A stretch of DNA of 21,392 bases from Candidatus Auribacterota bacterium. GTDB taxonomy: Bacteria > Auribacterota > UBA6266. The position numbers and the translations under genes were made by a program. A model generated the notes under the pieces. That model saw nothing but the letters and a program-made list of their open reading frames with translations, did no database searches and was not told where the DNA came from. The stretch spans positions 1 to 21,392 of the forward strand of contig JAGLRQ010000078.1 of the NCBI GenBank assembly GCA_023136205.1, written 5' to 3'. Positions 1-5,641 of the stretch are shown piece by piece (positions within the stretch are counted from its first letter, which is position 1; each line of letters starts with the position of its first letter).

Positions 1-56
1 TCTAACAACAAAATGCACCGGACGGGAAAACACCGCCGGTGATTAAGACGTTGAAG
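1..56 (+). other. attC-like recombination site (short type, at window edge). Its R' box is occupied by the 168-bp repeat.
   Basis: R'' is TCTAAC (1-6), spacer AACAA, L'' AATGCACCGG (12-21). L'' pairs with L' CCGGTGATT (36-44), leaving one unpaired G15. The spacer AAGAC follows, then G50|TT. The present R' is GTTGAAG (50-56). Joining G50 to TTAGCA at 212 would give GTTAGCA, which complements R''. Confidence 0.6.
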
Positions 57-215
57 CTGTAGGATAAGTCAAAAGAAGAAAAATGGGCAAATTGTTCTTA
101 AAAAAGCTTTGCATAATTAGGGCTATAACCAACGATCTAAGGCCGTAACAGCATTTTACATGGGTTAAATTTTACAGATTTTTGAGGTGAGGGACTTTTC
201 CTACAGCCTCGTTAG
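48..215 (+). repeat. 168-bp repeat with inverted-repeat ends, copy 1 (mini-cassette or MITE-like element at the attC crossover point)
   Basis: Aligns over its full length with 1751-1918. By hand alignment there are 10 substitutions and two 1-nt indels. The ends CGTTGAAGCTGTAGGATAAGTC and GACTTTTCCTACAGCCTCGTTA are inverted repeats. Confidence 0.95.
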
Positions 216-230
216 CAATAAGGAAGAGAT

Positions 231-1043
231 ATGAAAGGGAAATACATTATTATTGGATGGGTTTTTCTATTTCTTGCTGGTGTAAATATATTGTTTTCTA
301 TACAGTTTCCAAGCAAACGTGATCCATCTATCGATATGCTGTTTGATTTTCCATCAATGTTAACTGTATTTTCAGCAATCGGATGGATCGTTGGTTATAA
401 TATATTCTCGATTGTTGCATTGATTATTGGTGTTATTCATTATTTCAAACACAAAAATTCTCTTGGTAGATTGGTTGTGATTTTATCTATTATGTTTATA
501 TTTTTAACATCTATAATTGGATTCTTTTATAATCCCGACAATAGATTAGACGTTGAACCATATGGCTTTACTTTCATAAGCCATGATAGTTCCGAATACA
601 AAATTGTTTTTTACAAAAAACCACAAGTGAGAAAAGCCACTACTCTTGGGGTACAATCGTATATATATGAAACAGGTACTTCTGGAGTTCTTCCATCTCT
701 TAAACGAGCAGAATTTATACCATTATCAGACACTGCAGCTTTTAGCTCTAATTTAGAAGAAACAATAAAAATATTTTCAAATATATCTGGATTAAAAACC
801 CCAAAAATAAAAATTGAAACGTCTCCTTTGGGGCAAAAGGGAAGTTATTCAGGAACAAAAATAATTAATAATCAAGAATTTTCTGTTAGGGGTGTTGTTT
901 ATGTTGGACAAGTATCAGCAATTCATGCATTGGAGATATACCCCAGTTCTGTCATTAGGGAGTTAGAAAGTATATCCCCAGGAGCAAGCGACTCGTCGTT
1001 TTTAAGTAGTATTAGATTTAAAAACAAGTTCGAAGGAAAATAG
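231..1043 (+). CDS. Hypothetical membrane protein: hydrophobic N-terminal half with several TM helices, soluble C-terminal half
   Basis: 270-aa ORF with AAGGAAGAG upstream of the ATG. Hydrophobic segments in about the first 100 residues. No family recognised. Confidence 0.65.
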   Translation: MKGKYIIIGWVFLFLAGVNILFSIQFPSKRDPSIDMLFDFPSMLTVFSAIGWIVGYNIFSIVALIIGVIHYFKHKNSLGRLVVILSIMFIFLTSIIGFFYNPDNRLDVEPYGFTFISHDSSEYKIVFYKKPQVRKATTLGVQSYIYETGTSGVLPSLKRAEFIPLSDTAAFSSNLEETIKIFSNISGLKTPKIKIETSPLGQKGSYSGTKIINNQEFSVRGVVYVGQVSAIHALEIYPSSVIRELESISPGASDSSFLSSIRFKNKFEGK

Positions 1044-1046
1044 AAA

Positions 1047-1661
1047 ATGAATCTAGGGGAAATTATCATAACTAGTTTAGGTGGCTCTGCTGTTTTATTG
1101 ATGAGTATTGGATTTTTGGTTAGGTCAATTATTAATCATTTTTTATCTAAGGATGTCGAAAAATTTAAAACTGATTTAAAATTATCTTCGGTGGAGCATG
1201 AAATAAGATTTTCAAAATTACAAGAAAAACGGGTAGAAAAAATCGAAGAAATATATCTAAGCCTACGATTTACTTTAGGAAAGGTTAAAGATTTTATTAA
1301 TCGTACGGAGAGAGATGTTGATCCATCAGAAAATTCAGACGAAAGGAAAGACAAAAAACAATATTTAGCTGTAGATGCTATAGAAAAAGTTTATAAAATA
1401 TTTGGAGACAATAAAATTTGGTTAGCAGGGGATGTTGTTGACAAGATAGAAAAATTAATGAATGTAGCCTATCTCCCTGCAATTGAGCTTGCAGATATTC
1501 GCAAGTATAGGAAAGATGAATCTATGCAAACGGAAATAATGAAAACTTGGAAGAATGCATGTGTAAAATTTGAAGAAGAAGCTCCTGTAATCCTGTGTTC
1601 CGTCGAAGAAGAGTTCCGACATATATTGGGTGTTATAGATATGAATAAAAAAAATTGCTAA
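1047..1661 (+). CDS. Hypothetical protein: one N-terminal TM helix followed by a charged, helical or coiled-coil-like region
   Basis: 204-aa ORF starting 3 nt after the stop of 231-1043, so both lie in the same cassette. GAAGGAAAA is upstream. The TAA stop overlaps the R'' box GCTAAC of the following attC. Confidence 0.65.
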   Translation: MNLGEIIITSLGGSAVLLMSIGFLVRSIINHFLSKDVEKFKTDLKLSSVEHEIRFSKLQEKRVEKIEEIYLSLRFTLGKVKDFINRTERDVDPSENSDERKDKKQYLAVDAIEKVYKIFGDNKIWLAGDVVDKIEKLMNVAYLPAIELADIRKYRKDESMQTEIMKTWKNACVKFEEEAPVILCSVEEEFRHILGVIDMNKKNC

Positions 1662-1759
1662 CAAAACGCTTAACTTGACCTTGAATTAGCGTTTGCGCAA
1701 AAATATAAATATTTTTGATTTCTGCATGTATGCAAGGCAAGTTAGCTTGAACGTTGAAG
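1656..1759 (+). other. attC-like recombination site (104 bp, conserved family). Its R' box is occupied by the 168-bp repeat.
   Basis: R'' TGCTAAC (1656-1662), spacer AAAAC, L'' GCTTAACTTGACCTTG. L'' pairs with L' CAAGGCAAGTTAGC (1733-1746), with two extra bases on the 5' arm. The spacer TTGAAC follows, then R' GTTGAAG (1753-1759). Joining G1753 to TTAGAT at 1915 gives a canonical GTTAGAT. Confidence 0.7.
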
Positions 1760-1918
1760 CTGTAGGATAAGTCAAAAGAAGAAAAATGAGCAAATTGTTC
1801 TTAAAAAAGTTTTGCATAATTAGGGCTATAACCAACGATCTTAGACAGTAGCAGCATTTTACATAGCCTGAATTTTACAGATTTTGAGGTTGAGGGACTT
1901 TTCCTACAGCCTCGTTAG
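1751..1918 (+). repeat. 168-bp repeat with inverted-repeat ends, copy 2
   Basis: Full-length match to 48-215. Its first 39 bp and last 50 bp are identical to the half-copies at 5603-5641 and 3972-4021. Confidence 0.95.
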
Positions 1919-1954
1919 ATTTGAAAATTTAAATATAACTTATGAGGCAATTAA

Positions 1955-2575
1955 ATGAAATACAATTGTTTAAAAGAAGTAACAAGATATTGGGATGATC
2001 TTCCTATAAGGCTTAAATTACAGGAAAAAACCCCTGAGCAAGGGAAAAAATATTGGGCAATAAGCATAAGAACAACCTATTTAAATTCTACTAGAAAGAA
2101 CCGTCGGTTTTACTATTCGAAGAAAATAGGTTTTTGGACCATCCCCACAAAAATTATAGTTGAATTATTAAAAGAAGCAGAAGAAAAAGAACTTTTTGAC
2201 AAAATATATAACGATAAGTATGAGCGTTTTGAGGGAGGAACAGCATCATTTATTTATTCAGATAAAACTCCAGATTATCAAAAACATCTTAATAAAATTA
2301 CTTGTTTTAGCAAAAATGAACCTGAATGGATATTTAAAAAACCATTTTTTGTAATTAGCCAAGAGCCTGGAAATACTTGGAGAAAGATAATGATTGTGAA
2401 GCAAGATTTTTCCTTAATAACCTTTCGTTCATGTACTACAGAAAAAACATATAGGCCAAAAATTTATATGGAGGATGATTCTCTTTGGTTCGTGGATAAT
2501 GCGATGATGGATGTTAGTGTGCAAGTAATGAAGATATTTAAAGAGCGTTTATTTGCATTAACCCAGTCGATTTGA
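1955..2575 (+). CDS. Hypothetical cytoplasmic protein (cassette ORF)
   Basis: 206-aa ORF with GAGG 7 nt upstream of the ATG. No TM segment or signal peptide. No family recognised. Confidence 0.6.
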   Translation: MKYNCLKEVTRYWDDLPIRLKLQEKTPEQGKKYWAISIRTTYLNSTRKNRRFYYSKKIGFWTIPTKIIVELLKEAEEKELFDKIYNDKYERFEGGTASFIYSDKTPDYQKHLNKITCFSKNEPEWIFKKPFFVISQEPGNTWRKIMIVKQDFSLITFRSCTTEKTYRPKIYMEDDSLWFVDNAMMDVSVQVMKIFKERLFALTQSI

Positions 2576-2590
2576 AAAGGTTTACGAAAA

Positions 2591-2694
2591 ATCTAACAAG
2601 ACGTTTTGGTGGATGTTGAATAAGCGTTGACGCAAAAAAACAAGTTTTTTTGATTTCTACGTAGTCGCAACACCACTGAACTCAACAGTTAGAG
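2591..2694 (+). other. attC-like recombination site (104 bp, conserved family)
   Basis: R'' ATCTAAC (2591-2597) is a perfect RYYYAAC. Spacer AAGAC, then L'' GTTTTGGTGGATGTTG. L'' pairs with L' CAACACCACTGAAC, with extra bases on the 5' arm. Spacer TCAACA, then R' GTTAGAG (2688-2694), the exact complement of TCTAAC. Confidence 0.75.
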
Positions 2695-2705
2695 TGAGAT
2701 AATAA

Positions 2706-3563
2706 ATGAAAAGAATGGCGGTGATAATTCTAATAGTTGTATGTATATCTTCTGCGTTCATAAGTGTTGCGGATTCTTATGAGGATCAATTTTCTGAAGC
2801 TGTGCTGATGGACGCTTTTGAAAAAGGCCGTTCTTTGGTCATAGCTAATATCCTCTCAGTTCAAAAGAAGAAAGCACAGCATGGTGCTTTTTATTACTAC
2901 AAGGTTAACGTTGTCCATCCTGTGATTCTTGGTGATTTGTTAAATGAAGATCTTCAGGAACCAGTAGAACTGTTTGCAGGAGCCTCTTATGGTGACACAT
3001 TGGGAAAAGGAGAAACCTATGCTTTATTTATTACAAAAGACGCGCCATTCTTTTTTTGTTGGGCTCACAGGGATAACATGCAAAGAATTAATCTAAAAAA
3101 TAAGCAAGAGGTTAGCACGTTCATATCTAAGGCCGAACAAGTGTATGCAAAAACCTCTATTCGAAAGTTTCGGGATACTGAAGCTGGGGATACACCTACA
3201 CTGCCAAACATTCCTGTAGAGCTGAGAAAGATATGCGATACGTTCAGAAAGAAAGAGGAGAACCGAGCCAAATTGGCAAAAACTATTTACCAATCAGAAA
3301 TGGGCTCACGTCCTGATGAATCAAAAAGGTGGTCATCGGATAGAATATATCTCCCTCCCAAGATACTTTTTTCACGAAGTCAAGTTTTACATCTTTTAGG
3401 TAAGCCGACTCTAAAAATAGGCAGGACATATTGTTGGTTCTGCGGTATAGATGATACCAGTTCTCCTAAATATGTAGGAATGCTCACAGGTACATTTGAC
3501 CAAGATGAAAATCTAATTAGATTGATATACAATAGAGACAAAATATTAAAATGGCAGAAATAA
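2706..3563 (+). CDS. Hypothetical secreted protein (cassette ORF)
   Basis: 285-aa ORF with a signal-peptide-like N-terminus (MKRMAVIILIVVCISSAFISVADS). No family recognised. Confidence 0.6.
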   Translation: MKRMAVIILIVVCISSAFISVADSYEDQFSEAVLMDAFEKGRSLVIANILSVQKKKAQHGAFYYYKVNVVHPVILGDLLNEDLQEPVELFAGASYGDTLGKGETYALFITKDAPFFFCWAHRDNMQRINLKNKQEVSTFISKAEQVYAKTSIRKFRDTEAGDTPTLPNIPVELRKICDTFRKKEENRAKLAKTIYQSEMGSRPDESKRWSSDRIYLPPKILFSRSQVLHLLGKPTLKIGRTYCWFCGIDDTSSPKYVGMLTGTFDQDENLIRLIYNRDKILKWQK

Positions 3564-3627
3564 GAAACACTCCAAAATAGAAAACAGGGTCAAATCTTTA
3601 ATCTTGACAAATAAAAATGATAAAAAT

Positions 3628-3720
3628 TTCTAACAATTGCTTCCGACATTGAATAAGCGCTTGCGGCAATAAAATATTGATGTTATGCTTGCGCAACGCG
3701 GATGAAGCAGGCAATTAGTC
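3628..3720 (+). other. attC-like recombination site (93 bp, same family) with a variant R' box
   Basis: R'' TTCTAAC (3628-3634), spacer AATTG, L'' CTTCCGAC, L' GCGGATGAAG, spacer CAGGCA, R' ATTAGTC (3714-3720), which has A where the crossover G is expected. It shares the central module TTGAATAAGCG...TTGCG with the sites at 1656 and 2591. Confidence 0.55.
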
Positions 3721-3745
3721 CAATAAAACCGAAAGAAGATACATC

Positions 3746-3991
3746 ATGAAAAAAATATTATTTACACTATTAATTTTTTTGGCATTATCAAACATCACTT
3801 TCGCCAAAGAGTATCAAAGCTCCTATGGTTTTTCCATCGATGTGCCTGAACATTGGCTTGTATTAACACCTAATGAATTAAAAAATAATCCAGACTTATT
3901 TGATTTTGAAAACGCTGATTTCGGAGGAATAGATAAAACTCTATTGAAACAGGTTATAAACAAAATATGGTCTGAATTTTACAGATTTTGA
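3746..3991 (+). CDS. Signal-peptide protein, probably truncated or chimeric: its last 7 codons (the final one shared with the junction) and the stop come from the right half of the 168-bp repeat
   Basis: 81-aa ORF with signal peptide MKKILFTLLIFLALSNITFA. From 3972 the reading frame runs into sequence that is non-coding in the two full repeat copies, and it stops at a TGA inside that sequence. Confidence 0.5.
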   Translation: MKKILFTLLIFLALSNITFAKEYQSSYGFSIDVPEHWLVLTPNELKNNPDLFDFENADFGGIDKTLLKQVINKIWSEFYRF

Positions 3992-4021
3992 GGTTGAGGG
4001 ACTTTTCCTACAGCCTCGTTA
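3972..4021 (+). repeat. Right-end half-copy (50 bp) of the 168-bp repeat
   Basis: 50/50 identical to 1868-1917. Ends ...CCTACAGCCTCG|TTACGT. Confidence 0.95.
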
Positions 4022-4083
4022 CGTTATATGAAAAATAAAATTCTACCAGCGAACCCAATGATGAAACAAGAAAGGAATATATT

Positions 4084-4470
4084 ATGATAAAAATACCTGA
4101 AGAAGTTAAAATCGCAATCGATAAAACAAATCCTATATGCGTAGCAACTGTTAATAGCGAATATATACCGAATATAATATATGTTACGTTTTTAAAATAC
4201 ATAAATGACACAACTGTGGTTATAGCAGACAATAAACTTGTAAAAACAAAAAACAACGTATTATCTAATGCCAATCTCTCTTTTGTTGTACTTGATCCTG
4301 AAACAAAAAAATCATATCAATTAAAAGGGAAAACGGAATATATAAACGAAGGTGAAAAATATCAGGACGTTTTTAATTGGGTGCAGGAAAAAAGACCGGA
4401 TCTTCATCCTAAAGGTGCTTTATATGTAACCATTGACGAAATCTTTTCCGGAGACAAGAAAATAATATGA
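4084..4470 (+). CDS. Pyridoxamine 5'-phosphate oxidase-like (FMN-binding split-barrel) family protein
   Basis: 128 aa with the typical small PNPOx-like pattern: IPEEVK..I......CVATV......P....V.......D..VVIADN...KT..N......LSFVV.D......YQLKGK.EY...GE. AAAGGA lies upstream of the ATG. The gene is AT-rich like its neighbours. Confidence 0.7.
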   Translation: MIKIPEEVKIAIDKTNPICVATVNSEYIPNIIYVTFLKYINDTTVVIADNKLVKTKNNVLSNANLSFVVLDPETKKSYQLKGKTEYINEGEKYQDVFNWVQEKRPDLHPKGALYVTIDEIFSGDKKII

Positions 4471-4479
4471 GAATTAGCT
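4424..4479 (+). other. Possible degenerate attC site overlapping the 3' end of the PNPOx-like gene
   Basis: ATGTAAC (4424-4430) ... imperfect stem AATCTTTTC/GAAAATAAT ... 6-nt spacer ATGAGA ... ATTAGCT (4473-4479). The pairing is weak, and the crossover position has A instead of G, as at 3714. Confidence 0.3.
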
Positions 4480-4532
4480 TAAAGTCTTGAAATATGAACG
4501 GGGCACAAAAACAAACAGAAAGGGAATAGAGA

Positions 4533-5537
4533 ATGCATATTGGCGAGCTAATAAAGAAATCGCGAGGGGGCGAGGTGCTCTTACGTGAAGAACTTGTCTA
4601 CCTGCTTGGCCACGAGCCGAATTCGGCTGAAAACTACATGGTTATGGCTGAGGCAACCCGTATCTCGAAAGAGCTCTCAGATGGCAAGGCTGAAGTCCAT
4701 GCTCAATTCGCGATCAATCTCGCACCGTGTCCTTGCGACTGTCTCTTCTGCTCTTTCGCAAAAATTAACGGTGTATTCACCGAGGCGACAGAGTTGACCC
4801 CGGAGCAAGCCGTGGCCTACGCCCTCCAATTTGAGAATGACGGCGCGAATGCTGTTTTCATGATGTCAACGGCCAAGTATCCATTTGAAGGCTTCATAGA
4901 GATGTCGCAGGAGGTTAGGAACAATCTGATGCCCGAAACAACATTGATCGCTAACGTCGGTGACCAGTCGCTCAAGAATGCAGCCAAACTTAAGGAGGCT
5001 GGCTTTTCCGGTGTGTATCACGCCGTTCGCCTGCGGGAGGGAATAGACACCAGCCTTTCAGTGAAAAAGAGAAAAGAGAGTATCAGCAACTTTAAAGAAG
5101 TCGGTCTTGAGGTGGGCACATGCGTCGAACCCGTGGGCCCGGAACATACAAACGAAGAATTAGCTGAGATGATAGAATTCACGGCTTCCTTTAATCCCTC
5201 ATACAGCGGCGCAGCCAGGCGCATCCCCATTCATGGAACCGCAATAGCCAAACGCGGGGTGATCAACGAACTGCGTATGGCCCAAATAGTCGCGGTCACC
5301 CGATTGGGAATGCCACGGACTGTAATGGGTAACTGTACACATGAGCCTTGTACTCTGGGTGCGATCGCCGGAGCAAATCTCTTCTGGGCGGAAGTCGGTG
5401 CCAATCCCAGAGATACTGAGGAGAAGACAGAGGAAGGCAGAGGGGAAACCGTTAGTGACTGCAGTTCTATTTTTCAGGAAAGCAATTGGGACGTCTGGAG
5501 CGGTCCATCACGCTATTACAATGGAAGTTCATCATAG
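4533..5537 (+). CDS. Radical SAM enzyme, biotin synthase (BioB)/HydE/ThiH-like family
   Basis: 334 aa. CxxxCxxC cluster motif C-PCD-C-LF-C within AINLAPCPCDCLFCSF. BioB-like C-terminal region (CTHEP...GAN.F). GC is about 53% by eye against about 27% for neighbouring cassettes. Confidence 0.8.
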   Translation: MHIGELIKKSRGGEVLLREELVYLLGHEPNSAENYMVMAEATRISKELSDGKAEVHAQFAINLAPCPCDCLFCSFAKINGVFTEATELTPEQAVAYALQFENDGANAVFMMSTAKYPFEGFIEMSQEVRNNLMPETTLIANVGDQSLKNAAKLKEAGFSGVYHAVRLREGIDTSLSVKKRKESISNFKEVGLEVGTCVEPVGPEHTNEELAEMIEFTASFNPSYSGAARRIPIHGTAIAKRGVINELRMAQIVAVTRLGMPRTVMGNCTHEPCTLGAIAGANLFWAEVGANPRDTEEKTEEGRGETVSDCSSIFQESNWDVWSGPSRYYNGSSS

Positions 5538-5538
5538 C

Positions 5539-5610
5539 ATCGAACAAGGCGCTACACCTGACCGCTATTCCGCTGCGCTCCATTACGGCAGGCGAGCTTG
5601 GTCGTTGAAG
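5539..5610 (+). other. attC-like recombination site (72 bp, GC-rich, belongs to the radical SAM cassette)
   Basis: R'' ATCGAAC (5539-5545) lies directly after the TAG stop. Spacer AAGGC, then L'' GCTACACCTGACCG. L'' pairs with L' CGGCAGGCGAGC, with extra bases on the 5' arm. Spacer TTGGTC, then R' GTTGAAG (5604-5610), whose TTGAAG is the first 6 nt of the repeat's left end. Confidence 0.6.
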
Positions 5611-5641
5611 CTGTAGGATAAGTCAAAAGAAGAAAAATGAG
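5603..5641 (+). repeat. Left-end half-copy (39 bp) of the 168-bp repeat, supplying the 5' leader and ATG of the next ORF
   Basis: 39/39 identical to 1752-1790. Identity ends 2 nt after the ATG at 5637. Confidence 0.95.

Noticed and set aside
98-130. Promoter-like hexamers inside the 168-bp repeat (TTGTTC ... CATAAT, TTGCAT ... TATAAC).
   Set aside because: Spacings are 14 and 9 nt, outside the 16-18-nt range. I found no convincing -35/-10 pair on either strand.
4008-4274. 88-aa hydrophobic minus-strand ORF overlapping the repeat half-copy and the start of the PNPOx-like gene.
   Set aside because: It is antisense to a well-supported family-matching ORF. Its hydrophobic low-complexity translation is typical of antisense reading of AT-rich DNA, and it has no ribosome-binding site.
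4585-5616. Alternative-frame ORFs 4585-4797, 5018-5230 (-) and 5341-5616 within the GC-rich segment.
   Set aside because: They lie inside or overlap the radical SAM gene, whose frame has the diagnostic motifs. Long spurious ORFs are expected in GC-rich DNA. 5341-5616 simply reads through the attC.
48-5641. Considered whether the repeated 168-bp units and half-units could be a CRISPR array.
   Set aside because: The repeats are 168 bp, about 93% identical, and separated by 1.5-kb protein-coding segments. There are no short regular repeat-spacer units and no cas genes.
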